Positions 28,859 through 38,466 of a DNA stretch of 64,000 bases are shown one piece after another. The DNA comes from Nanobdellota archaeon. Its GTDB lineage: Archaea; Nanobdellota; Nanobdellia; Parvarchaeales; Parvarchaeaceae. A model generated the notes under the pieces. That model was not told the DNA's origin. It did not search any database and saw only the letters and a list, made by a program, of their open reading frames with translations. Position numbers and translations under genes: made by a program. The DNA lies in assembly GCA_021800365.1 (NCBI GenBank), contig JAJYZA010000001.1, forward strand, positions 147,377-211,376, in the 5' to 3' direction. Position 1 is the first letter of the stretch, and every line of letters starts with the position of its first letter.

Positions 28859-30270
28859 TACAATTAATTGGTCTTTTGCTGCTACCTGCAATTGGGATAT
28901 TAGCGCTTATTCTACGAGCTGCGACAAACGCAAGGATCAGCGAGGAGAAAATAGTGGCATCGGTGGCCATTGCGACGGCTTTTCTCTTCTTTTTTGGGGT
29001 TATCATCGGATTTAACGGGATTTCGTTTCCTATTATCCCATCAATAAACTTTTCATTCACACTTGGATTAACGGGTATAAGTATACCGTTCCTTCTTCTT
29101 GCAGTAATTATGCCGGCTCTCGGCTTATGGTCTGCGTATAAAGAGATAAACAAGAATAAAACGCTTTTCTATATCTTATACATGTTTTCTTATTTGTCGA
29201 TGATAGCGGTATTTATATCTACAAACCTTATACTCTTTTTTATATTTTGGGAAACTATTCTGATCTCTTTTTTCTTTATTATTATGTTCTGGGGCGAAAA
29301 GGAGATTAGACGAAAGGCTAGCATGAAGTTTCTAATATTTACACAATTCGGAAGTCTTACTCTACTGGGGGCATTCATATTATTGTTCGTTTATACTGGG
29401 TCATTTAACATAAACGTTATAGCTACTAGTATACAGACAATTCCATCCTACGTAGCATATGTTATTTTCTTTTTCGTTCTTATAACGGCATTCATAAAAA
29501 TGCCAATATTCCCGTTCCATAGCTGGCTACCTGACGCACATGTAGGTGCACCAACCGCAGGAAGCGTCTTGCTTGCGGGAGTTTTGCTTAAGCTTGGTGG
29601 CTATGCTCTGCTTCTTTTTGGAATCATGCTATTCCCTACAATCGCCGGTTCGCTACAGATACCACTTATAGCCATAGCGGTCTTTACTGCGATTTATTCT
29701 ACGTTAGCCGCATCTGCGCAAAAAGACTTTAAGCGCTTGGTAGCATATTCTAGTATATTCTATATGTCACTTGCATTCCTAGTAATAATGTCATTGAATT
29801 ATATTGGACAAAACGGTGCAATAGTCCTTATTGTAAGTCACGGTTTTATCGTAGGTATGCTATTTGTTTTGGCAGGCTTGCTTAAAGAGAAAACCGGTAC
29901 GCGGGATCTGGACAAGTTGGGTGGATTAATGCTGAAAATGCCACTATATGCATTCTTCGTAATTTTCGGGGTACTTGCGACTCTTGGAGTTCCTGGTCTA
30001 AGCAATTTTCCGGGGGAGTTACTTGTGTTTATAGGCGCTTATGCTGCATATCCTCTGGCGTTATTATCACTTTTTGCGGTTCTTATAGCGACAAATTATT
30101 ATCTATCTGCAGTAAAGAGGATTCTTTTTGTTTCAGTGCCGAAGAGACTGGCAAAAATAAAAGATATTTCGCCTTGGGACGCTATGCAGCTAGCGATGTT
30201 TTCAATTTTTATTGTGATAATCGGTATTTTACCTAGTGTGATAGTGAACTCATTTAATTTTGTAGTATGA
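28855..30270 (+). CDS. nuoM: NADH-quinone oxidoreductase subunit M (NuoM/ND4)
   Basis: The motif is WLPDAHVGAPTAGSVLLAGVLLKLGGYALL. Confidence 0.85.
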   Translation: MIQLIGLLLLPAIGILALILRAATNARISEEKIVASVAIATAFLFFFGVIIGFNGISFPIIPSINFSFTLGLTGISIPFLLLAVIMPALGLWSAYKEINKNKTLFYILYMFSYLSMIAVFISTNLILFFIFWETILISFFFIIMFWGEKEIRRKASMKFLIFTQFGSLTLLGAFILLFVYTGSFNINVIATSIQTIPSYVAYVIFFFVLITAFIKMPIFPFHSWLPDAHVGAPTAGSVLLAGVLLKLGGYALLLFGIMLFPTIAGSLQIPLIAIAVFTAIYSTLAASAQKDFKRLVAYSSIFYMSLAFLVIMSLNYIGQNGAIVLIVSHGFIVGMLFVLAGLLKEKTGTRDLDKLGGLMLKMPLYAFFVIFGVLATLGVPGLSNFPGELLVFIGAYAAYPLALLSLFAVLIATNYYLSAVKRILFVSVPKRLAKIKDISPWDAMQLAMFSIFIVIIGILPSVIVNSFNFVV

Positions 30271-31604
30271 TAAACGCAGAATATGTGCTGTTTGCGGGGG
30301 TCTTGGGGCTAATAGCAATAGATCTTTTAAGGCGGCGATTATCCGTAAGCAAAGATATTATACACTGGATAACGTTATCTATCTTGATAGCTGCCTTTGC
30401 CTCTGAGATATTATTCGGAAACCTTAACGTGAACTTCTTTGCTTCCATACAATATACGCAATTCATAAATGGATTCATCTTGTTTTTATCGTTGATTATA
30501 TACGGATTTTTGTTTGCAGACTCTAAAGAATTCGATACTCTCATAGATGCATTATTTATTTTTGCTGTCCTGGGAGCAACGCTAGTGGTTTTAGCAAGTA
30601 ACTTTATCTCGCTTATTATATCGATAGAAATGATCTCTATTGCATCTTATGGGTTGGTATTCTTCCAGAAATCTAATTCTAGAATGGAAGGTGCAATGAA
30701 GTATGTAGTCGTCAGTTTTCTTTCTGTGATTATAATGATTTTTGGCGTTTCGCTGATATTCGGAGGTGCGGGAACGTTATCCTTCAGCTCAATTTCAAAT
30801 GTAAATTACCTACCGTTTATTTCTGGCTTAGCTCTAGTCATAGTCGGACTCGCTTTTAAATCCACCATAGTTCCTTTTCACATGTGGGCACCAGACGTTT
30901 ATGAAGCATCAAACAGTACAATAACTGCATTTTTGTCCTCTGTGTCAAAAGCCGCCGGTTTGGTCGCGATGATGCGCGTATTTTTCTTTGCCTTGCCCGT
31001 TTCCTCTCAATTTATTGAGGTAATTTTTGTTATCCTCGCGGTAGCAACAATATTTTTTGCGAGCTTCCTGGCTACGGTGCAAGATAGAATCAAAAGACTT
31101 CTTGCATACTCAAGCATAGCGCAGGCCGGCTTTGCATTTATTGGTATAGCCCTGTTGAATTATATCGCCGTATCAGCCGCCGTATTTTACATATTTACTT
31201 TTGCAGTTGCTGACGCTCTGGTCTTCTTAGCGTATAAGATTTTTGAAGACAATAAAATAATCTACAAAAATGACGCGACGAGAATGTTTTCAACGTCAAA
31301 AATAGCTACCGCCGGTTTGTTTTTAGGAATCTTATCTCTTGCCGGCGTACCTCCTACCATCGGTTTCTTTGGAAAACTGGCGATATTTGTTTCTTTACTT
31401 TCGAAAGGGTACATCTATCTTGTCCTTGCACTATTTGTTATAATACTCTTCTCTACGTTTTACTATCTTGGTCTGCTGAGAGAGATGGAGTTTTCTTCTA
31501 AAAAGGTCGCCACAAAAAGAAACTTTAAGCTCAAAATAAAAGAAGCTCTAATAATAATCCTTATCATTACATTATTTACAGGTGCAGCTTTTGCCGTGTT
31601 TTAA
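30267..31604 (+). CDS. nuoN: NADH-quinone oxidoreductase subunit N (NuoN/ND2)
   Basis: The motif is FHMWAPDVYEASNSTITAFLSSVSKAAGL. Confidence 0.8.
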   Translation: MINAEYVLFAGVLGLIAIDLLRRRLSVSKDIIHWITLSILIAAFASEILFGNLNVNFFASIQYTQFINGFILFLSLIIYGFLFADSKEFDTLIDALFIFAVLGATLVVLASNFISLIISIEMISIASYGLVFFQKSNSRMEGAMKYVVVSFLSVIIMIFGVSLIFGGAGTLSFSSISNVNYLPFISGLALVIVGLAFKSTIVPFHMWAPDVYEASNSTITAFLSSVSKAAGLVAMMRVFFFALPVSSQFIEVIFVILAVATIFFASFLATVQDRIKRLLAYSSIAQAGFAFIGIALLNYIAVSAAVFYIFTFAVADALVFLAYKIFEDNKIIYKNDATRMFSTSKIATAGLFLGILSLAGVPPTIGFFGKLAIFVSLLSKGYIYLVLALFVIILFSTFYYLGLLREMEFSSKKVATKRNFKLKIKEALIIILIITLFTGAAFAVF

Positions 31605-31605
31605 T

Positions 31606-31788
31606 CTAGCCTTTAGCTGCGCCTTTTTGCAGAGATTTTAATTCCTCTTCCCTGAGTTTATTTTTCAAAGTGGCTATTTTCTTTTTTAAATGTTTATATT
31701 TTCCTGCATCAGCTGGTTGAAGTCCCTGACTCCTCTTTATGTTCATTTTCAGGAGTTCCAATTCCAGTTCCTTTAGATTCTCTTCCAT
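31606..31788 (-). CDS. rpl29: Ribosomal protein L29 (uL29); start may be internal Met
   Basis: The coiled-coil block KELELELL...AGKYKHLKKKIATLKNKLREEEL resembles uL29. It lies directly downstream of rps3. Confidence 0.55.
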   Translation of the reverse strand: MEENLKELELELLKMNIKRSQGLQPADAGKYKHLKKKIATLKNKLREEELKSLQKGAAKG

Positions 31789-32380
31789 CCTTAAATTTCA
31801 CCCCTTCTAATCCTTGCGTAGGCACGACAATAGTGACTTTTATCCCTACAGTACCCCTTTTTAATACGAGTTGTTTTTCTGCTTTTTTCACACCGAAATT
31901 TTCCAGTTGACCTGTTTTTGGCATAACGCTTCCGTGCGGCCTGAATTTGAAGTGCGCTGCACGTTCTTTTATTACACCGCCAATTTCTATCTCGACGCCG
32001 CCCGCACCTGCTCTCATTATTTCGTCCATTGCCCGATGTGCAATTATTTTATACTTCATTGGACCATATTTGGCAATCCTAAAGGCTATCGCGTCGGCGA
32101 CGACCTCTGGATCCAGTAATTCTGAATCGCTCTGTTCTATGTCTATGTGCGGCGGCTCTTGCTTGAAAAATGCGCCCAAATCCCTTGATGCCTCTTTTAG
32201 CGTTTGACCACCTCGCGTAACGAGAACACCCGGCTTTGGAGTCTTAAGAACCACCCTCATGCCTAATGGAGTCTTATCTATCTTTATGTCGCTTATGCTA
32301 AATCGACTAAATCTTTTTATGAGATAGTCTTTAGCGACTTGCTCGTTTACTCTCAAACTAATTATTTTCTTTGGTAACAT
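31709..32380 (-). CDS. rps3: Ribosomal protein S3 (uS3)
   Basis: It has the KH domain VVADAIAFRIAKYGPMKYKIIAHRAMDEIMRAGAGGVEIEI and a Gly/Ser-rich tail. The start was chosen at MLPKK. Confidence 0.85.
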   Translation of the reverse strand: MLPKKIISLRVNEQVAKDYLIKRFSRFSISDIKIDKTPLGMRVVLKTPKPGVLVTRGGQTLKEASRDLGAFFKQEPPHIDIEQSDSELLDPEVVADAIAFRIAKYGPMKYKIIAHRAMDEIMRAGAGGVEIEIGGVIKERAAHFKFRPHGSVMPKTGQLENFGVKKAEKQLVLKRGTVGIKVTIVVPTQGLEGVKFKDGRESKGTGIGTPENEHKEESGTSTS

Positions 32381-32900
32381 CTGTTTTCGTTTCACCTGTG
32401 CTCTGTACTGATGCCATTGCGGCAGTTGGCTGTTCTACGGTAGCCTTTTCTCCTTCGATAGATTTTGGCTCCTGTACTTTTACTTCTTCTGGCTTGCTCT
32501 CTTTAACTTCTACTGCGCCCAATATCCTAAGATCGGCTCTCTTCCCATGATGATATACACTACCACCACGCATGCGTGGATACCCGCCTCTTCCGAGGTT
32601 ATATCCAGAAATCGTGACTTTGCTTGCTTCGCCACCGGCATTCTTGGCGTTTGATCTCAATTCGTTTAATATTTCTATTATGTATTTACTGGCTTTAAAT
32701 GGATAACCGACTGGTATTCCGGCCTTGTGGCCTTTACTAGGGTATTTTTTGAATGGAATTGATGCGGTTTTATTCATTACCTTCTTCAGATAAGTTATGG
32801 CATAATCTACATTCTTATTTTTAATTGCCTCCATTATTTCATGAGTATGTTTTAGAGATATACCCATCCTATCCCGCTTTGCGCTTACTGTCTTTAGCAT
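32358..32900 (-). CDS. rpl22: Ribosomal protein L22 (uL22) with KE-rich C-terminal extension
   Basis: It has the N-terminal AKRDRMGISLKHTHEIMEAIKNKNVDYAITYLKKV. Confidence 0.8.
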   Translation of the reverse strand: MLKTVSAKRDRMGISLKHTHEIMEAIKNKNVDYAITYLKKVMNKTASIPFKKYPSKGHKAGIPVGYPFKASKYIIEILNELRSNAKNAGGEASKVTISGYNLGRGGYPRMRGGSVYHHGKRADLRILGAVEVKESKPEEVKVQEPKSIEGEKATVEQPTAAMASVQSTGETKTDVTKENN

Positions 32901-32905
32901 ATAAT

Positions 32906-33310
32906 CTACTTTATAGGTACGAAGCCACTTGAACGGGTAGCTCTAAGTCCCGGAGCCCCAGGCCTTACTTGCTTCGTAGTCAATGCATATTCTCCTAATC
33001 TATGGAATACCATGTTTGGTTTTATTTCTACGGGCACAAATTCTTTACCATTGTGCACCCCTATTGTAAGACCCACAAAAGAAGGTAATATAATCATCTC
33101 TCTTACATGGGTTTTTATACTTTTCTTTGCTTTTGCGCGTTTCTCTATTTTTTTAAGGAGGATCTTTTCTTCTGGCGAGAAGCCTTTCTTTAATACATGC
33201 CTAGTATCCGCGTTTGTTATTTTTATCAGCTCTTCCGTGCTCATCGATTTCAGTTGTTCTATTGTTTTTCCTCTAAAAATATATGTGTCTACCATGAGTT
33301 TACCTTGCAC
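32906..33310 (-). CDS. rps19: Ribosomal protein S19 (uS19)
   Basis: It has [35 protein letters not shown] and ...[11 protein letters not shown]. Confidence 0.85.
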   Translation of the reverse strand: MQGKLMVDTYIFRGKTIEQLKSMSTEELIKITNADTRHVLKKGFSPEEKILLKKIEKRAKAKKSIKTHVREMIILPSFVGLTIGVHNGKEFVPVEIKPNMVFHRLGEYALTTKQVRPGAPGLRATRSSGFVPIK

Positions 33311-34010
33311 CAGTTCTCTTAGGTGCTATAGAACCGACTTTCGATCCTGGCGGTGCACGCCTACCTGACATTTTTGCTTTATGTTGAGTACTTCTTCTCT
33401 TGCCGCCGAACTTGTGCTCGTACGCATTCATGGCCACGGCGGCATTCATTGGCCAGTATCGACCCCTCGCACGAATAAGATGATATTTATTTCCAGCCTT
33501 ATAAAAAGGTTTCTCTTTTCTTCCCGCATTTGCTATCCTGCCAACTATTGCCCTACAATCCGGATCTAGATCTATCATCGCTGTACTTGGCAATGAGAGA
33601 GTAATCTTGTTCTCAGTGCTTTCTACTATTTTGGCACTAACTCCACCGGCTCTTACTAATTTCCCCCCATCACGTGGTTTAAGTTCGATGTTATAGACCT
33701 CTGAGCCAGTCGGAATGTTTCTTAGGTTCCGTATATCCCCATCAGAGACGGGTCCGGTTCCTAGATATCCGAACGCTTTACCGACGTAAGCACCGTTGAA
33801 CGCAGGCAGTAGAGTTGTTTCTCCGTTCTCGAATTTAACCTGCATCAGTGGCGCGGTTCTATATACGTCATGTATAAACTTTGTTATTCTACCGTTCATG
33901 GGTTTCTCACCCCTTATTATCTTTGCAATACCCATTGCACGGAAGGTGTTTACTCTAAATATCCTGCTTTTTCCCCGCCTCCTAGACCTTGGTACTTTCA
34001 TATGATTCAT
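33300..34010 (-). CDS. rpl2: Ribosomal protein L2 (uL2)
   Basis: It has the C-terminal block [25 protein letters not shown]...GRRAPPG. Confidence 0.85.
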   Translation of the reverse strand: MNHMKVPRSRRRGKSRIFRVNTFRAMGIAKIIRGEKPMNGRITKFIHDVYRTAPLMQVKFENGETTLLPAFNGAYVGKAFGYLGTGPVSDGDIRNLRNIPTGSEVYNIELKPRDGGKLVRAGGVSAKIVESTENKITLSLPSTAMIDLDPDCRAIVGRIANAGRKEKPFYKAGNKYHLIRARGRYWPMNAAVAMNAYEHKFGGKRRSTQHKAKMSGRRAPPGSKVGSIAPKRTGAR

Positions 34011-34155
34011 TTTATTATGTTTTTCGTATTTAAAAGCATTTTTGGCTGTCGCTTATTTTTATCGTAGCATAACTAAGGAAGCTCTGCCGATAATCGATGT
34101 TATAATCGGTTTTTTCTTAAATTACAAAAACACACAATACAAAAATAGTGTATTT

Positions 34156-34704
34156 TTACTTTTTCTTTCGCATTTTTACTAATCCATTTAGTATTGCAAC
34201 CAATTTATTATCTTTTATTTTAATTCTTGCGCTCTCATAAAATTCTTCTAAGTCTAATCCGTATTTATTTTCATATTCGTATGCCTGGATAGCCATCTCC
34301 AGTTTATCCAATTGTTTCACAAACCTAGCTTCTGGCGACTTGTTCTCTTCATATTCGTCAAAGAGTTTTACGTACTCTTTCCCTGCGTTACCAATAGACG
34401 AAAATATGCGTTTTATTGCATCGCGCTCTTTCGCTCTTTTTGCTTGCACGAAACTTGGGGGAGTCCCTTGTTTTCCGATAACTATGTCTCCAATGATAGA
34501 TTCACCAACGTCGTGTATAAGCGCCATTTTAATTGATTTAAGCGGATCTACATTCATTTCTTTAGCTAGTAACATAGCCAAGATACCTGTCCTAAAAGAA
34601 TGCTCCGCTACGCTTTCTGGATGGGGTATCTTCTTATTTACCCACCCGGTTCTTTTGACTGTTTTTAGTATACCGATGAATTTATTAAACTCAGTAATAT
34701 TCAT
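34156..34704 (-). CDS. HD-domain phosphohydrolase (YfbR-like 5'-deoxynucleotidase family)
   Basis: It has PESVAEHSFRTG and ALIHDVGESIIGDI (HD motif). Confidence 0.7.
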   Translation of the reverse strand: MNITEFNKFIGILKTVKRTGWVNKKIPHPESVAEHSFRTGILAMLLAKEMNVDPLKSIKMALIHDVGESIIGDIVIGKQGTPPSFVQAKRAKERDAIKRIFSSIGNAGKEYVKLFDEYEENKSPEARFVKQLDKLEMAIQAYEYENKYGLDLEEFYESARIKIKDNKLVAILNGLVKMRKKK

Positions 34705-34850
34705 TTATATAAGAAGTGCAGGGGATTTTTAAGTCTTATCCCTTAATTTTATTGCTAATTGTATCGTTTGCGAGTAGCGGTGGTTTTTCAGATTAGTATA
34801 CAAAGGCAGGATTAAAAAGTATAAATATGAAATTGAGTCATTAAAATGTT

Positions 34851-35264
34851 GTGGTAAAGGAATATTTGAAAAGCCTGATTTCTGATGTTCCGGAGACTAT
34901 TACTAACGTAAAAAGTGACTCTTCTGGCTCTATTACCTATTGCATGCCTACTCAGAAAGCTAAATCGCATTTTGATTTTGATATTTCGTATATAGTTAAA
35001 AGGGATAAACTTATGATCGTATCTGTAAGAGAGGATGGCGCAGATTATAAAAAAGAAAGTGGCCATATAAAGACCGCAGACCTATCTGAGCGTTATAAAC
35101 TGTTTGATTATCTATACAAAAAAATCCTACAGTTAGCTGTAAATAACTCCTGTACGGAGCTAAGTTTTATGCAAAGTAGAGGTGAAGCTGATGATCGAAT
35201 AGACAGTAACTTTCTCGGATACATCGTAGGTAAATATCATTTTAGCGAGAAAGATGATAAGTAA
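34851..35264 (+). CDS. Hypothetical protein (GTG start)
   Basis: Clean 137-aa ORF. No motif recognised. Confidence 0.3.
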   Translation: MVKEYLKSLISDVPETITNVKSDSSGSITYCMPTQKAKSHFDFDISYIVKRDKLMIVSVREDGADYKKESGHIKTADLSERYKLFDYLYKKILQLAVNNSCTELSFMQSRGEADDRIDSNFLGYIVGKYHFSEKDDK

Positions 35265-35358
35265 GATAACCGAGTGGTTGGAATTTAAAAATCTTACTTT
35301 TTGCTTTGAGTTGTGCATCTTGACATTTAATAACTATTAATTTCTATACCTTATCGAT

Positions 35359-36054
35359 GTGGAAATCGATAACTTACCATTTAAAGTTATAAAAGGCGTA
35401 CCGGCGGGTTTTATAGGAGATTATGGCATTGTCGCTGACCTACATTTTGGTTTTGAGGAACGTCTAAATTCTGAAGGGTATAACGTCATAAACAAGACCG
35501 AAGAATTGATTAGCGAAATTGTTGCATTGAAAACACGCAAACTAATAATCCTCGGGGATCTACGATCAGATTTCACTGAGATTCTCCCAAGAGAGGGGAG
35601 CATCATATTTAACGCCCTTTCCCGCTTGGCGTCCGTATTTGAGGAGATAGTGATAACAAAGGGCAACCATGATGGCGGACTATCTAAACTTACATCTAGG
35701 TTATCAAACATAAATCTATGTATGGAATTCACTTACAATGACGTTGGATTCGCCCATGGCCATGCCTTACCATCTAAAAAGTTTGCGTCGGCAGTAAAAA
35801 CTATTTGTTTTGGTCATCTTCATCCGTCAGTTGTGGTAAGAGATAAAAACGGTGTAGTCTACAAAAAAGACTGCTGGTCTTTATTTGACATAAAACTGCC
35901 AAAAAATAAATATGGAGAAACTACCCTAACATACGGTGTCGCTTTTCCAAAATTTAATCCCTATATAGGGAGCACAGACATTATCCGAAAAAATTGTCTG
36001 ATGAAATATGCAAAACTAACGCGGCGGCTTAGTACAGATTTAATTATTTTTTAA
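35359..36054 (+). CDS. Calcineurin-like metallophosphoesterase (MJ0936/YfcE-type) (GTG start)
   Basis: It has the motifs DLHFG, GDL, GNHD, GHAL and GHLH in canonical order. Confidence 0.65.
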   Translation: MEIDNLPFKVIKGVPAGFIGDYGIVADLHFGFEERLNSEGYNVINKTEELISEIVALKTRKLIILGDLRSDFTEILPREGSIIFNALSRLASVFEEIVITKGNHDGGLSKLTSRLSNINLCMEFTYNDVGFAHGHALPSKKFASAVKTICFGHLHPSVVVRDKNGVVYKKDCWSLFDIKLPKNKYGETTLTYGVAFPKFNPYIGSTDIIRKNCLMKYAKLTRRLSTDLIIF

Positions 36055-37062
36055 TTTTTTGGAAGCCGCTATAGCAGCCATCTTACTTAACTTTGCGACT
36101 TCCCGTATCAAATCATTCTCTTTTTTGTACATTTTATCGACGAAATATGGTGTAAATGGACTATAATGTTCGAATGGAAAGTAGAGCAGGACCGGTTTCC
36201 CATTCGTATGTGCGTGCATTCTCTCACTATCCACTCCGCTAGAATAAACCAAGGTTGGCATGTGCACAACGACAATATCAGACTGATCTATTAGATGATA
36301 GTCTCTGCGCACGGTCTGATTGAAAATTATAGATTTTAGTCTTTCATCCGTTGATGCAAAATAAACTGATATATCAATTTTTCGCGGATTAAATACTATC
36401 GAATATTTCTTTAACTTCTTGATAAATCTATCTAGTCTTTCATATCCCACATCACGGTGTTCTATGCTAAAACTTATGTATATTTTTGGCCTGTGTGAAA
36501 CATACATTAAATTATATAGTGTATCCGAATCTTCATTTGCGGCTATCAAATAATTCTTTTTTCCGAACGTTTCGCTTATCAAATCTGTAGTGTATATCTC
36601 CAATTCTGACCATATCGCTATTTCATATGAATCTATATCTTTATCCGTCCATTCTGATCGAGATTTTAGGGTTTTAAGCACCTCATGTGGAGAGGATACT
36701 ATAGTAACAAATAAATCAGGCACTAGCGACTTGAAATCATTTATATTCAATAAGTTTATCGGTCCGCTTTTCCACCAAAAAGACATGTGGCCATCTATGA
36801 TATAATCATAATCTGGATTTTCTTTCAACTGATCGCTTATATTATGAAAAGCGCTTCTTTTCAGTACCTCCAGCGTTTTAATATCCAAATTTGGAAGCGC
36901 GGATGGCGTTATAAGTTTATTAAGGTCTTTCGCACTTTTGATCATTTCATCTATAAAATTAACTATCTTTACTTTTTTACCTGTCTTTGCGGCCATGCGC
37001 AAAACAGCCTTCTCAAGCCCAGAACGATTAGATCCGGCGGTTGCCGCACTAAAAACTATCAT
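36040..37062 (-). CDS. Two-domain protein: unknown N-terminal Rossmann/kinase-like domain fused to C-terminal nucleoside 2-deoxyribosyltransferase/DNPH1 (Rcl)-like domain
   Basis: The C-terminal SDIVVVHMPTLVYSSGVDSERMHAHTNGKPVLLYFP aligns to Rcl/NDT ADVVVAEV..SLGVGYELG.A.ALGKPIL. The N-terminal IVFSAATAGSNRSG looks like a P-loop but lacks the Lys. Confidence 0.45.
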   Translation of the reverse strand: MIVFSAATAGSNRSGLEKAVLRMAAKTGKKVKIVNFIDEMIKSAKDLNKLITPSALPNLDIKTLEVLKRSAFHNISDQLKENPDYDYIIDGHMSFWWKSGPINLLNINDFKSLVPDLFVTIVSSPHEVLKTLKSRSEWTDKDIDSYEIAIWSELEIYTTDLISETFGKKNYLIAANEDSDTLYNLMYVSHRPKIYISFSIEHRDVGYERLDRFIKKLKKYSIVFNPRKIDISVYFASTDERLKSIIFNQTVRRDYHLIDQSDIVVVHMPTLVYSSGVDSERMHAHTNGKPVLLYFPFEHYSPFTPYFVDKMYKKENDLIREVAKLSKMAAIAASKKLKNN

Positions 37063-37376
37063 ATTCTCAGCACCTTAACTCTTACTACTATGTATTTTAT
37101 GATGGTCAACTTTAAATACTTGAGCCAAAAAATTAAAAAATCGGCCTAAGTGAGTCCATTTGCAGTTCCGACGGAGACGTTCTTAAAATCGATTAATTAA
37201 AGAAAAGCATTATTAGTTTTCAGATACCCTAAATAAAACCCCCAAGAGCTCCTTTCATGGGGGATCCAAAAGTACTCGGGGCTTGCTGACTACGATTCTG
37301 CAAAGCAAGAAGCCAAATGCAAGAGCTTTGGGTAGCTCACTAAAGTTTAATAATACATATAATCTATTATAATTGT

Positions 37377-38312
37377 ATGAGTCCGACTGGGTTTTGGGCG
37401 TTTATAATCGGTATAGCTGTTATATTGCTCCTATTCTTATTGGGGCAATTCTCGCCAGTCTTTTACTTACTATTTCTTATAGTGCTATTCCTAGTTGTCG
37501 CTGTTGTATTCTTTATTACATCTGTAAAGCAATACACGCAATTTGAGAGGGGTATCATATTCAGATTAGGTAAATTTAACCGTATAGCTGGACCTGGGTG
37601 GGCCATAGTTATACCGTTCTTTGAGCAGGAATTCCAGAGAGTTGACGTTCGGGTTAAGATGATGGATATAAGCTCACAAGAAGTATTTACACAAGATGAT
37701 ATAAAGCTAGCATTAGAGGGCACGATTTATTACCAGATAACCGACCCAGAAAAAGCTACATTACAAATCGACAATTATGGCCAGGGTTTGAGCACTTTAG
37801 TACAATCTGCCGTACGAAATGCGATTTCTGCGTTTACTATGAGACAGCTGTTTGGAAATTTAGACAGATTAAATGATGTCCTTGCAGATGCGATAAGGCA
37901 CTTGACCTGGAAATGGGGAATTGATGTACCGACTGTTCAGATAAGAACAATAGCGCCGCCGAGCGAAGTTATAACTGCGATGCAACAGCCGGAGATAGCA
38001 GCAAATCTGCTTCAGGCGCAGAGATTCAAAGCTGATGCACAGAAGATAGTTATGGAAGCAATAGGAGAAGGAGGAAAGGCACTTGATGATAGATCTATAA
38101 TGTATCTATATTTACAGGCACTGAAGCAGATGGGTGAATCGAGTTCCTCAAAGATAGTATTACCTATGCAGTTTATGCAGGGCTTGGGCAGCTTAGGTGG
38201 CGTTGCTGGGCTATCGGCAGCTGGTTTAGCTTCAATAGGTGGACAGCAAAACGTACAAAACATAGTTGACCAAATAAAGACAAAAATAGCCCAAACACAG
38301 CAATCCACATAA
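37377..38312 (+). CDS. SPFH/band-7 (stomatin/prohibitin-like) membrane protein
   Basis: It has an N-terminal TM anchor, then FERGIIFRLGKFNRIAGPGWAIVIPF (SPFH core), then a Q/A-rich C-terminal tail. Confidence 0.75.
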   Translation: MSPTGFWAFIIGIAVILLLFLLGQFSPVFYLLFLIVLFLVVAVVFFITSVKQYTQFERGIIFRLGKFNRIAGPGWAIVIPFFEQEFQRVDVRVKMMDISSQEVFTQDDIKLALEGTIYYQITDPEKATLQIDNYGQGLSTLVQSAVRNAISAFTMRQLFGNLDRLNDVLADAIRHLTWKWGIDVPTVQIRTIAPPSEVITAMQQPEIAANLLQAQRFKADAQKIVMEAIGEGGKALDDRSIMYLYLQALKQMGESSSSKIVLPMQFMQGLGSLGGVAGLSAAGLASIGGQQNVQNIVDQIKTKIAQTQQST

Positions 38313-38389
38313 ACTTAGACAAAAAATTAAGCTATCTATAGATCTGCATTTAATCGTATTTTAATATTTGACATGGATTAATTTTACAT

Positions 38390-38460
38390 GCCTCTATAGC
38401 TCAGCAGTAGAGCATCTGCCTTGTAAGCAGGCGATGTGGGTGCGACTCCCACTAGAGGCT
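38390..38460 (+). tRNA. tRNA-Thr (anticodon UGU)
   Basis: Hand-folded cloverleaf. The acceptor is GCCTCTA/TAGAGGC (7 bp). The D-stem is GCTC/GAGC. The anticodon stem is TCTGC/GCAGG with loop CTTGTAA. The T-stem is GTGGG/CCCAC with loop TGCGACT, which has an unusual G55. Confidence 0.6.
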
Positions 38461-38466
38461 TTAAAA

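Noticed and set aside
37230-37262. Hairpin CCCCCA-N13-TGGGGG in the 314-bp divergent spacer before the SPFH gene, considered as ncRNA or terminator
   Set aside because: No flanking C/D-box or tRNA-like features could be confirmed by eye. It is left unannotated.
38368-38466. N-terminal 33 codons of the 281-aa ORF (MTWINFTCLYSSAVEHLP...)
   Set aside because: This stretch is the tRNA-Thr gene read as protein. The TatD CDS starts at the Met at 38467.
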